From Patescibacteria group bacterium (GTDB lineage: Bacteria > Patescibacteriota > Microgenomatia > Levybacterales > UBA12049), in assembly GCA_035651435.1 (NCBI GenBank), contig DASRFS010000026.1, positions 1-32,000 on the forward strand: DNA of 32,000 nucleotides, read 5' to 3'. The notes under the pieces were generated by a model that worked only from the letters and a program-made list of their open reading frames with translations, made no database searches and was not told the DNA's origin. The translations under genes and the position numbers were made by a program. This document shows positions 7,048 through 15,252 of the stretch, one piece after another. Position 1 is the stretch's first letter. Each line of letters starts with the position of its first letter.

Positions 7048-8064
7048 ATGCCTACCTTAAGTCAGCTTACCGGAGAAACACGAACAATTTTTAAAATATC
7101 TGGAATTATTTTAGGAGTTATTTTTATAGTCTTTATCGCTGTGACCATAAAAAACATTCTTTTTCCTCCGCCCCCTCCCCCTCCTACGGTAACTTTTGGA
7201 AAAATCCAAGTAAGCTTACCAACTTCTTCAAAAGTTTTCGATTATAAGATCGATACTGTAACAAATTCTCTTCCAAAAATAGTTTCTCAGGAAAAGGTTT
7301 ATAAAATAGAGGATCAAAAAGCCGATCTTCTGGCGCTAAGCCGTGCTACCGATAGAGTTAGACAGGTAGGGTTTACCGACAAGGGAATAAAAATTTCTGA
7401 AAACGTTTATCAATGGCTGGATTCTTCAACCGGACGAACCCTTACTATGAACATTATGGACAATAACTTCAATATGATTTCAAATTTCATTCAAGGACAA
7501 AATACGCCGCAGTTTGTGGGGAATGCCAACACTGCAATTTCCGCTGCAAAAGATTTTTTAACCAGAATGGGTCTTTATAAACCAGACTTTGATGATTCAA
7601 AAACACAGGTTGCGCTTTTCTCCGTAAATAATTTTGCTCTAGCCCCTGCCAGCAGTATCTCGAACACACAAGTTATAAAAGTTTCTTTTTTTCAGAAAGA
7701 CATAAATGGAACTCCTGTTTTTTATCCCCAGACCGTCACGTCCCCTGTAAACCTTCTTATCGGAACCGTAAGGGGAGAAAATCAAGTTGTCGAGGCAAAC
7801 TTTTTCTTCCAAAAACCCTCCGCAACAAGCTCAACCTATCCGTTAAAAACAACTCAAGAAGCTTTTGATGATCTCAAAAGTGGGAATGCGTATATCACGT
7901 CCTACGCCGGGCAAAATCAAACTGTTTCGATTAGAAGAGTTTATTTGGGGTACTTTATCTCGGAAAAGAAACAGGACTTCTTATTCCCAATCGTGGTTTT
8001 TGAAGGAAACGATTCTTTCCAGGCTTTTGTATCCGCAGTTAAGGATGAATGGGTAAATAAGTAA
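7048..8064 (+). CDS. Membrane-anchored hypothetical protein with a poly-proline spacer
   Basis: The start was moved to the ATG at 7048, because the listed 6964 start overlaps gltX on the other strand. It has an N-terminal TM helix (ISGIILGVIFIVFIAVTI), then PPPPPPP, then a roughly 290-aa extracytoplasmic region with no recognised domain. Confidence 0.65.
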   Translation: MPTLSQLTGETRTIFKISGIILGVIFIVFIAVTIKNILFPPPPPPPTVTFGKIQVSLPTSSKVFDYKIDTVTNSLPKIVSQEKVYKIEDQKADLLALSRATDRVRQVGFTDKGIKISENVYQWLDSSTGRTLTMNIMDNNFNMISNFIQGQNTPQFVGNANTAISAAKDFLTRMGLYKPDFDDSKTQVALFSVNNFALAPASSISNTQVIKVSFFQKDINGTPVFYPQTVTSPVNLLIGTVRGENQVVEANFFFQKPSATSSTYPLKTTQEAFDDLKSGNAYITSYAGQNQTVSIRRVYLGYFISEKKQDFLFPIVVFEGNDSFQAFVSAVKDEWVNK

Positions 8065-8941
8065 TGTTTCCCGAAACCATAGTGAGAAGTTTTTCCGTGT
8101 CCAAGAACCTATCCTCACTACCCATTACTACAATAATTAAAGTGTGACCTTTTTCAATTTTTGACGTAACCAAAACTTGCCCTGCGCCTTCGGTGTACCC
8201 TGTTTTTATTCCGTCTACTCCATCGACTCCTAAAAGTTTATTCAGATTTTTTACGCTATAAGTATTTCCGCTTAAATCAGCGACAACTTTTTCCTTGGTT
8301 GAAACAATTTTAGCAAAGACCTCATTTTGGATCGCAACCGATGCAAGCCTTGCCAAATCTAAAGGTGTGGTGTAATCCCCTTCGTCCTCAAGCCCAGCCG
8401 GATCTTGGAAATGAGTATTATATAAATTATATTTCAAAGCGTTCCGGTTCATTGCTTTTACAAATTCATTCGGATCCTGGGAGTAATTCTGCGCAATTGT
8501 CTGAGCAATGTCATTTGCCGACGGAAGTAAAAGCCCGTATAAGAGATTTTCGAATGTCATTTGCTGGCCGCTTTTGAGGCCCAAGATTACTCCCTCCGTA
8601 GTCGCATCCTTTACTGTAAGCACTTCATCTAATTTAAAGTGGTCCAACGCGGTTAAGGCTGTCATTATCTTGGTTGTCGAAGCAGTAGAAAACCTTAAGT
8701 CCGGATTTTTCGAATAGAGAATGACTTTTGAATCGGCGTCTATAACTATCGCCCCTTTTGCGGAAATCTGAGGAAAATAAGTGGTTTGTAAGATTGGATA
8801 ATTGGTAATATTATCCGCGGAATCACTAAGAACTTTAACTTCTTTGAAGTCAGCCCTAGCTTTATAATCCACTCCCAGAAGGAGTGTGCAAAGAAGAATT
8901 AAACCTATGTAGAATTTACCTCTGATTTGAAAGTCTTTCAT
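8039..8941 (-). CDS. Serine-type D-Ala-D-Ala carboxypeptidase (PBP5/S11-like)
   Basis: SxxK (STASTTK), SxN (SAND) and KTG (KTGYT) motifs occur in the expected order. An N-terminal signal or anchor is present. Confidence 0.88.
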   Translation of the reverse strand: MKDFQIRGKFYIGLILLCTLLLGVDYKARADFKEVKVLSDSADNITNYPILQTTYFPQISAKGAIVIDADSKVILYSKNPDLRFSTASTTKIMTALTALDHFKLDEVLTVKDATTEGVILGLKSGQQMTFENLLYGLLLPSANDIAQTIAQNYSQDPNEFVKAMNRNALKYNLYNTHFQDPAGLEDEGDYTTPLDLARLASVAIQNEVFAKIVSTKEKVVADLSGNTYSVKNLNKLLGVDGVDGIKTGYTEGAGQVLVTSKIEKGHTLIIVVMGSEDRFLDTEKLLTMVSGNITYLPIHP

Positions 8942-10223
8942 CTACCCTTTCCATATCCCGTGGATAAAGGCTTGCTTCCCTGACGTTTCCAAGCCCCATA
9001 AGCTTCATGGTTATTCTTTCCAGTCCAAAAGAAAATCCGCCTTCGGGAGGCATTCCGTAGGCAAAAGCCATACGATACATTCCGAAGTTTTTTGGATTAA
9101 GTCCCCTGTCTTTCATCATTTGAACCAACTGGGAATGGTCATTAATCCTCTGCGAACCGCTTGCTATCTCCAAGCCTCTAAATAAAACATCGTAACTTAG
9201 CGAAAAATCGGGATTTTTAGGGTCAGGCATAGTGTAAAAAGCTCTTTTTCTGGTTGGAAAATGGTGGACTATCAAAAGGTCGCTCTTATGCTCTTTTTTT
9301 GCCCACTCCCAAAGATCAATTTCGTCTTGGGGCGATAGATCGGGCGAGCTTTCCTTTTTGAGTAATTTGAAAGCTTCCTCAAGACTAATTCTGGGTACTT
9401 TGACTGGAATTAGGGGTTTATTTGGCAGTTTGACTTTACCTGAAGTTTTTTTGAGCATCTCAACCGAAACAGCCTCGAGAAGATTAAGGAGTTCGTCGAA
9501 CTCAACGAAGCCGAATTCGCAATCCATTTGGGTATTTTCCGAAAGATGCCTTGTGGTAACCGAAGGCTCCGCCCTATAGGCTTTGGATATGGTGTAGACC
9601 CGCTCAAAGACCGGTACCATCATTTGCTTATATAGCTGGGGTGACTGGGTAAGAAAGGCCTTGTGGCCGTAATAATCGAGCTTAAATACCTCTGCACCGC
9701 CTTCCGAGGCTCCGGAGGCTATAGCAGGCACAAAAATCTCTGTACAGTCAAGCTCGCGGCTTGCTTCTCTAAATGAGTCGACAACAGCTTCCTGCACCTT
9801 AAAAATCGAGGCTACGGAAGGATGTCTAAGAGTAAGAGAACGATGATCCAAAAGCGTGGGAAGCTCTAAGCCTAACTCCTCACCCCCCATATCAAAAGGT
9901 AGAGTTTCCGCTTTTGATAGTACTTTTAGGCTTTTAGCCTCAAGCTCGACTTCTCCCGAAGCTAGGTCTTTATTAATGGTTCCCTCGGGCCTCTTTTTAA
10001 CTTCACCCTCGATCTCCACCGCGTCTTCCGGCCTAAGAGTACCAGCTACTCCGTAGGCTACTTCCGAGGCTTTTGGACTCACTACAACCTGCAAAAGACC
10101 CGATCTGTCTCTGATATCTAGGAAAATTAGCTTCCCGTGATCGCGTCGCAAGCGTACCCAGCCTTGAATGAGCGCTTGTGAACCCACGAGCTTGGGGGTT
10201 TCCGAGGCTAAAGTTCTTTTCAT
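8916..10223 (-). CDS. aspS: Aspartyl-tRNA synthetase, archaeal/short type
   Basis: OB-fold N-terminus (IQGWVRLRRDHGKLIFLDIRDRSG) and class II motifs (FRAEPSVTTRHLSE; GGFSFGLERI). The start is set at the ATG at 10223 because homologues start about 20 aa before the GWV motif. The listed extension to 10283 contains promoter-like elements. Confidence 0.88.
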   Translation of the reverse strand: MKRTLASETPKLVGSQALIQGWVRLRRDHGKLIFLDIRDRSGLLQVVVSPKASEVAYGVAGTLRPEDAVEIEGEVKKRPEGTINKDLASGEVELEAKSLKVLSKAETLPFDMGGEELGLELPTLLDHRSLTLRHPSVASIFKVQEAVVDSFREASRELDCTEIFVPAIASGASEGGAEVFKLDYYGHKAFLTQSPQLYKQMMVPVFERVYTISKAYRAEPSVTTRHLSENTQMDCEFGFVEFDELLNLLEAVSVEMLKKTSGKVKLPNKPLIPVKVPRISLEEAFKLLKKESSPDLSPQDEIDLWEWAKKEHKSDLLIVHHFPTRKRAFYTMPDPKNPDFSLSYDVLFRGLEIASGSQRINDHSQLVQMMKDRGLNPKNFGMYRMAFAYGMPPEGGFSFGLERITMKLMGLGNVREASLYPRDMERVDERLSNQR

Positions 10224-10232
10224 CTGAAGTTG

Positions 10233-10261
10233 ATTAAAGCACAGTTTTAAGCTATTGACAA
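10233..10261 (-). promoter_or_regulatory. Candidate aspS promoter TTGTCA-17-TGcTTTAAT
   Basis: The minus strand reads TTGTCAatagcttaaaactgTGcTTTAAT, then 9 nt, then the ATG at 10223. Confidence 0.4.
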
Positions 10262-10283
10262 GCCAGAATTCCGGTGGTAGCAT
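10255..10283 (+). promoter_or_regulatory. Candidate plus-strand promoter TTGACA-17-TGgTAGCAT
   Basis: The plus strand reads TTGACAagccagaattccggTGgTAGCAT. Its -35 overlaps the -35 of the divergent aspS promoter (TTGACAA is near-palindromic). Confidence 0.35.
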
Positions 10284-10322
10284 TCGAATTAGTGAACCAG
10301 GGTTTCAAGTTTTTTATTATTT

Positions 10323-10376
10323 AACTTCCTTAAGGCAGGATAAATAGACTGTTAGGTTAAGGAAGTTTTTTATTTT
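10323..10376 (+). terminator. Intrinsic-terminator-like hairpin (11-bp stem AACTTCCTTAA/TTAAGGAAGTT, 23-nt loop, TTTTTTATTTT tail)
   Basis: A perfect 11-bp inverted repeat at 10323-10333 and 10357-10367 is followed by a T-rich run on the plus strand only. It sits upstream of ORF 10413. Confidence 0.5.
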
Positions 10377-10412
10377 GAGTCCTGGCGAGAAACAAGGTAC
10401 TTATTTTAGAAT

Positions 10413-10907
10413 ATGGCTTTATCAAAAGAAGCACAACCAAATTATCAAAGACTGGCTGACATGGCTGTCGCTAATCATGCGGCTGAACTTAGCATGCCCA
10501 TCTCCCATGTTGGTGAGCATATAGAAGCCGCTCATATCGATATCGCAGGTGGAGAGGATCCATGGGAAACTAATTATCTGGGGGCCTCCTATGTTCAAAG
10601 GTTGACTCCAGAACCTGCACATAGAAGGGCAGCAAGAAAACCCGGGGAATTTAGTCAGTCATTCGAACCAAAACATACTGTGACGCCTTTTAAAAGCGCT
10701 GAGGAAATAGAGAAGGCAAAGAATAAATTGAAGATAATCTGGAGGGCTCAAGGTGTAGGCAAATCCGACAGAGAAAAACAATTGAAAAGGTTTGAACTAT
10801 GTTGCGGCGAGGGCACAATAGGAAGAGAAGTTTTAGATACAATCAAAGCTGTGGAGTCTGCTCTTAAACCACGACCTTTTGGAAGCCAAGCTACTGGAGA
10901 AGATTAG
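10413..10907 (+). CDS. Orphan hypothetical protein (164 aa)
   Basis: This is a long ORF for a low-GC genome. No domain is recognised and no clear SD is present. Its stop overlaps the recJ stop by 4 nt in convergent orientation. Confidence 0.5.
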   Translation: MALSKEAQPNYQRLADMAVANHAAELSMPISHVGEHIEAAHIDIAGGEDPWETNYLGASYVQRLTPEPAHRRAARKPGEFSQSFEPKHTVTPFKSAEEIEKAKNKLKIIWRAQGVGKSDREKQLKRFELCCGEGTIGREVLDTIKAVESALKPRPFGSQATGED

Positions 10908-12532
10908 CTCTTAATATCTTTTAGCTTCAATTGCAGCCTTTTATTCCCATTCCACGAATCCGCGGATAAATTGTAAGCAACCGAGACTTTAGTTCCGATT
11001 TTAAGCTCAGACGACTTATTGCCCATATTGAACCCGATTGCATCGAAAAGTACATCATTTGAACGTAATTTGAATTTGAGGTGTTTTTCTCCTTGTCCGA
11101 CCGCTTTCACGTCTTCTATTACCAAACCTTTACTGGTGAATACCGGGTTGGGATTTCCCATTCCAAAAGGCTCGAGGGCAACGAGCTTAGAATAAAGATC
11201 AAAACTTAGGAGATCCGAAGGTAATTCGCAGTCTATTTTTAGAGTTTGTGTTAAAAGTTTTTTAGTAACTTCCTTGAGGGCTATTTCCTGAAGTTTTTTC
11301 TCAACGAGTTCAATTTTTGTAGTTTCGACCGTAAAACCTGCGGCCATTGGATGACCTCCGGCATCAACCAAAAGGTCAGAAGCCTTACGAATGAATTCAA
11401 TTATATTGAATCCCATAATTGATCTTGCCGACGCTTTGCTATAGATGTCCCCTTTTGAAACCACAATTGAAGGAAGATAATACTGCTCAACCAGTTTACC
11501 CGCCACAAGCCCGATTACTCCCTGCTGATAAGTTTCGTGACTAATGAAAAGCAGCTTTCCAAGTTCCGTCTGAGATTTAACTTGCCTAATCGCGTGGAAA
11601 ACGGCTTGCTCGGTTAGATTCTGGCGCTCCAGATTTGTTGAACCCAGTTTTCTTGCCAATTCATGCGCGCGGCCTCTATTTGTAGTACATAAAAGGCGAA
11701 GGCTGTCCATAGCCGACTCTAGTCTTCCCATCGCGTTAAGCCTAGGAGCTATGATGTGCCCGACTTCATAGACTCCGATTTCTTTTTGGACAAGTCTGCA
11801 TTCACGGAATAACTCGACAAGGCCAATTCTTTTCGATTCCCGCAAATTTAATAAACCCAGCTTAGTGATTATCCTGGATGGTCCAACGAGAGGAACCAAG
11901 TCGGCAATTGATGCCAGGGCCGTAAGACTTAAATGGTCCTCTATGACCGAAAACTCGCGTACCAACATCCAGCCGACTGCCGCGCCGCAAAGCTTGGTTG
12001 TATGAATAATCGAATAAGCCTTGGGTAATTCACTACCGGGGGCATGATGGTCGGTTATTATTACATCTATTCCCTTTTGACTTGCGAAATCTACCGCAGG
12101 CTTTGCCACAATACCGTTATCAACTGTAATAATTAATTTAGTTTCGGGGAGTTTTACCAAAAGATTTTCAATTCCTTTTATGGAGAGTCCATAACCCTCG
12201 TCGATTCTATTCGGAATATAGGGAAGAATTTTTGCGCCTCCCTTACTTAAGCTTTCCCATATAATGGCCGAGCCGCAAATTCCATCAACATCGTAATCAC
12301 CAAAAACTACTATCTGCTCTTTATTTTTAATAGCCTTTTTGATTCTGGTTTTTGATTTTTCGAATTCTTTAAGATCGATTCCTACGCTTTTTGGCGTTAT
12401 TCTAGAAAGATCGGGGCTTAAGAATTCTTCGATATCTTTTGCTTTAATCTCCCGATTTTTGAGGAGAGTTTTAATTACATCATCTGCGCTGGAATTTTGA
12501 GGGAGTTTTCCGAGGACTAACCATTTTTTCAT
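10904..12532 (-). CDS. recJ: Single-stranded-DNA-specific exonuclease RecJ
   Basis: DHH-family motifs VVFGDYDVDGICGSAI, ITVDNG, ITDHHAP and GGHPMAAG (DHHA1), plus a C-terminal OB-like domain. Confidence 0.92.
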   Translation of the reverse strand: MKKWLVLGKLPQNSSADDVIKTLLKNREIKAKDIEEFLSPDLSRITPKSVGIDLKEFEKSKTRIKKAIKNKEQIVVFGDYDVDGICGSAIIWESLSKGGAKILPYIPNRIDEGYGLSIKGIENLLVKLPETKLIITVDNGIVAKPAVDFASQKGIDVIITDHHAPGSELPKAYSIIHTTKLCGAAVGWMLVREFSVIEDHLSLTALASIADLVPLVGPSRIITKLGLLNLRESKRIGLVELFRECRLVQKEIGVYEVGHIIAPRLNAMGRLESAMDSLRLLCTTNRGRAHELARKLGSTNLERQNLTEQAVFHAIRQVKSQTELGKLLFISHETYQQGVIGLVAGKLVEQYYLPSIVVSKGDIYSKASARSIMGFNIIEFIRKASDLLVDAGGHPMAAGFTVETTKIELVEKKLQEIALKEVTKKLLTQTLKIDCELPSDLLSFDLYSKLVALEPFGMGNPNPVFTSKGLVIEDVKAVGQGEKHLKFKLRSNDVLFDAIGFNMGNKSSELKIGTKVSVAYNLSADSWNGNKRLQLKLKDIKS

Positions 12533-12546
12533 AGGAGCACTTGTTC

Positions 12547-12555
12547 TGATATACT
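12547..12555 (+). promoter_or_regulatory. Extended -10 element TGaTATACT upstream of cca
   Basis: ctTGaTATACT at 12547-12555. AAGGA SD is at about 12569-12573 before the ATG at 12583. Confidence 0.3.
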
Positions 12556-12579
12556 AACACCAGATTGTAAGGAACGCAA
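12551..12579 (-). promoter_or_regulatory. Candidate recJ promoter TTGCGT-17-TGtTAGTAT
   Basis: The minus strand reads TTGCGTtccttacaatctggTGtTAGTAT. Its -10 occupies almost the same base pairs as the plus-strand cca -10. Confidence 0.33.
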
Positions 12580-12582
12580 CAA

Positions 12583-13929
12583 ATGAAGTTTGATATCCCT
12601 GCCGAAGTTTTAGAAGTCTATAAAAAATTCAAAGAAAATAGGTTTGAAATATATCTCGTAGGAGGATGCGTTCGGGGACTCCTGGGAAAACATAAAGTTT
12701 TGGATTGGGACTTTACCACGGATGCAACTCCTGCGCAAATGTTAAAACTTTTTCCAAAAGCTTTTTATGACAATAAATTCGGAACTGTGGGGATTCCGGT
12801 TGCGGAATCAAAAGTCGTCGAAGTTACTACGTACAGGACTGAAGAGGGTTATAAGAATAGGAGGCATCCAGATAAGATTTCCTGGGGGCAAACGATCGAA
12901 GAAGATTTATCAAGAAGGGATTTTACAATAAATGCGATGGCCATGGATCTGGATACCGATGAGATAATCGATCCATATCATGGACAGGAAGACCTTGATA
13001 AAAAAATTATAAAAGCAGTTGGAGATCCTTCGATGCGGTTTGAAGAAGATGCCCTAAGACTTCTTAGAGCGGTAAGAATCGCGACCCAATTGTCTTTTAA
13101 AATTGATCCAAAGACTTGGGAAGGACTACAAAAAAACGCAAAATTATTATCCGAAATTTCAAAAGAAAGGGTGCGGGACGAGCTTATGAAGATACTCTCG
13201 TCCGATTTTCCTTACGAAGGGATAATCCTACTTAAAGATTCAAAATTACTTGAACAAATCGTACCTGAACTTTTGGAAGGGGTGGGAGTCGAACAGGCAA
13301 GACCCGGGAGGCACCACACGGAAGATGTTTTTACACATAATCTTTTATCTTTAAAATTTTGTCCATCAAAAGATCCGATTGTTAGGTTTGCGACCTTAAT
13401 TCACGACATCGGAAAACCTAGAGTGAAGGGAAAAGACGAGGAAGGCCATGTTATCTTTTATAACCACGAAATAGAAGGAGCAAAACTTGCTTGGGAAATT
13501 TGTGAAAGATTAAAATTTTCAAAGAAAGATAAAGAACGGATTGTAAATTTAATAAGATGGCACATGTTTACGGTTGACGAAAAAATAACCGATTCTGCAA
13601 TTAGAAGATTTATCCGAAGAGTCGGAGTTAAAAATGTAAAAGACATGATGGATCTTCGAGTTGGAGATAGGTTGGGCGGAGGGACACAGACCGCAGAAAG
13701 TTGGAGGCTTAAAAAATTCAAAGAAAGAGTCTCAGGAGAGCTTGCTCCCAAGCCATTTTCTATGAACGACCTTGTTGTAGATGGAAAGGATGTAATGAGA
13801 GTTTTGAATATAAAGCCCGGACCGAAGGTTGGAGAAATTCTTCAGAAATTATTCGAATATGCAGATGAAGATCTTTCGAGAAACAAAAAAGAGGAACTCG
13901 AAAAGAAGATAAAGGAGTATAATAATTGA
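12583..13929 (+). CDS. cca: CCA-adding tRNA nucleotidyltransferase with HD domain
   Basis: LVGGCVRGLL, DWDFTT, RRDFTINAMA, EDALRLLRAVR, and an HD motif (LIHDIGKP). Confidence 0.9.
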   Translation: MKFDIPAEVLEVYKKFKENRFEIYLVGGCVRGLLGKHKVLDWDFTTDATPAQMLKLFPKAFYDNKFGTVGIPVAESKVVEVTTYRTEEGYKNRRHPDKISWGQTIEEDLSRRDFTINAMAMDLDTDEIIDPYHGQEDLDKKIIKAVGDPSMRFEEDALRLLRAVRIATQLSFKIDPKTWEGLQKNAKLLSEISKERVRDELMKILSSDFPYEGIILLKDSKLLEQIVPELLEGVGVEQARPGRHHTEDVFTHNLLSLKFCPSKDPIVRFATLIHDIGKPRVKGKDEEGHVIFYNHEIEGAKLAWEICERLKFSKKDKERIVNLIRWHMFTVDEKITDSAIRRFIRRVGVKNVKDMMDLRVGDRLGGGTQTAESWRLKKFKERVSGELAPKPFSMNDLVVDGKDVMRVLNIKPGPKVGEILQKLFEYADEDLSRNKKEELEKKIKEYNN

Positions 13930-13932
13930 GTC

Positions 13933-14382
13933 ATGACTAAGGCAGATTTACAGAACGATCTAAAAAATTCAATGCTCGCAAAAGACGAGTTGAGAACATC
14001 GACATTGAGACTTTTATTGTCTGCAATTAACTATTACGAAATTCAAAAAGGCGGAGCGGGATACGAAGCTTCGGAAGATGACATTTTAGCCACAATTCAA
14101 ACACAGGTTAAACAGAGAAAAGATTCAATCGAACAATTTACAACCGCGGGGAGGCAAGAATTAGTTGATAAAGAAAAAAAAGAGATGGAGATTCTACAAA
14201 GTTACCTTCCATCACAAATGAGCGAAGAGGAAATAAAGAAAAAGGTTGAAGAAGCAGTAAAACAAACAGGAGCAACTTCTATCCAAGACATGGGAAAAGT
14301 AATGGGGGCACTTGCATCTCTTCGCAACCAAGCAGACATGGGATTGGTTAGCTCAATCGTTAAATCAACGCTTACTTCGTAA
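13933..14382 (+). CDS. yqeY: GatB/YqeY domain protein
   Basis: LKNSMLAKDELRTSTLRLLLSAINYYEI and the 149-aa length are typical of YqeY. Confidence 0.85.
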   Translation: MTKADLQNDLKNSMLAKDELRTSTLRLLLSAINYYEIQKGGAGYEASEDDILATIQTQVKQRKDSIEQFTTAGRQELVDKEKKEMEILQSYLPSQMSEEEIKKKVEEAVKQTGATSIQDMGKVMGALASLRNQADMGLVSSIVKSTLTS

Positions 14383-15252
14383 ATTCTGCCAGACAACAAG
14401 AAGAGGCGACGCGTTAAAGATAGAAGAATAAGTTCCGGATGTTACTCCGATAAGAAGCGCAACCACAAACCACCTAATACTTTCTCCGCCAAACAAAAGA
14501 AGCGCGACCAAAACCATAATTACTGTCAGCGAAGTATTTAACGAACGGACTAAGGTTTGATTAATCGACTCATTAACAACATTTTCAAAGTTCCCTGCCC
14601 CCATCCTTAGAAGATTTTCTCTAATCCTGTCAAAGACAACTATAGTATCGTGGACAGAAAAACCAATAATTGTTAGAAGCGCGGTAACGAAAAGTGAATC
14701 AATCTGGACTCCGAAAAAGTGCCCCAATATGGAAAAGCTTCCTACGACAACCAAAACGTCGTGAACTAGCGCGATTATTGCGCAAATTCCAAATCTCAAA
14801 GAACTGGCAGGTTTAGGAACACTCCTAAACGACCACGTGATATATATAACAATTAGAATTGATGCCAACGTCAATGCTTTAAGGGCGTTTATGGTGGTTT
14901 CTTTTCCGATAGTTGGGCCTACCGTTGCAAATTCTTCCTCCCTAACGTTTAGGTTGTTAGCTCTATTGACAATTGCTTCATTCTTTTTTTGATCTATAAC
15001 TTGTGTCGAAAAGGAAACGGACTTTTCAGAAGGTTGAATGTTATAAACTTTCACTTTCTCCAAAGAGAAAATATTTTTTATTTCGGTCATTTGTTTTTGC
15101 TCGATTCTGCCATTTGAAGAAAAAGTTATCTTTGATCCTGGAACAAAATCAATCGATAAATTAAGTCCCCACAAGAATAATGTAATTAGTCCCGGCACAA
15201 TAACCAAAAGTGAAAGCGCGAAATACCAATTTCTTTTTTGAATAATATTCAT
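14365..15252 (-). CDS. secF: Protein translocase subunit SecF
   Basis: A six-TM pattern with VHDTIVVFDRIREN. ATGA overlap with the secD stop. Confidence 0.92.
   Translation of the reverse strand: MNIIQKRNWYFALSLLVIVPGLITLFLWGLNLSIDFVPGSKITFSSNGRIEQKQMTEIKNIFSLEKVKVYNIQPSEKSVSFSTQVIDQKKNEAIVNRANNLNVREEEFATVGPTIGKETTINALKALTLASILIVIYITWSFRSVPKPASSLRFGICAIIALVHDVLVVVGSFSILGHFFGVQIDSLFVTALLTIIGFSVHDTIVVFDRIRENLLRMGAGNFENVVNESINQTLVRSLNTSLTVIMVLVALLLFGGESIRWFVVALLIGVTSGTYSSIFNASPLLVVWQNLRSKR

Noticed and set aside
10224-10283. The listed 20-codon extension of aspS (start at 10283).
   Set aside because: Homologous AspRS proteins begin about 20 aa before the GWV motif, as does the ATG at 10223. 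The extension also coincides with a TTGTCA-17-TTTAAT promoter-like element.
10284-10412. A T-box or attenuator leader for aspS.
   Set aside because: The hairpin's T-run is on the plus strand, while aspS is on the minus strand. The candidate aspS promoter also lies only 9 nt from its ATG, leaving no room for a T-box leader.
10413-10907. The orphan ORF as a GC-rich foreign island.
   Set aside because: My hand counts (48%) are no higher than those for adjacent aspS (43-55%), so composition does not single it out.
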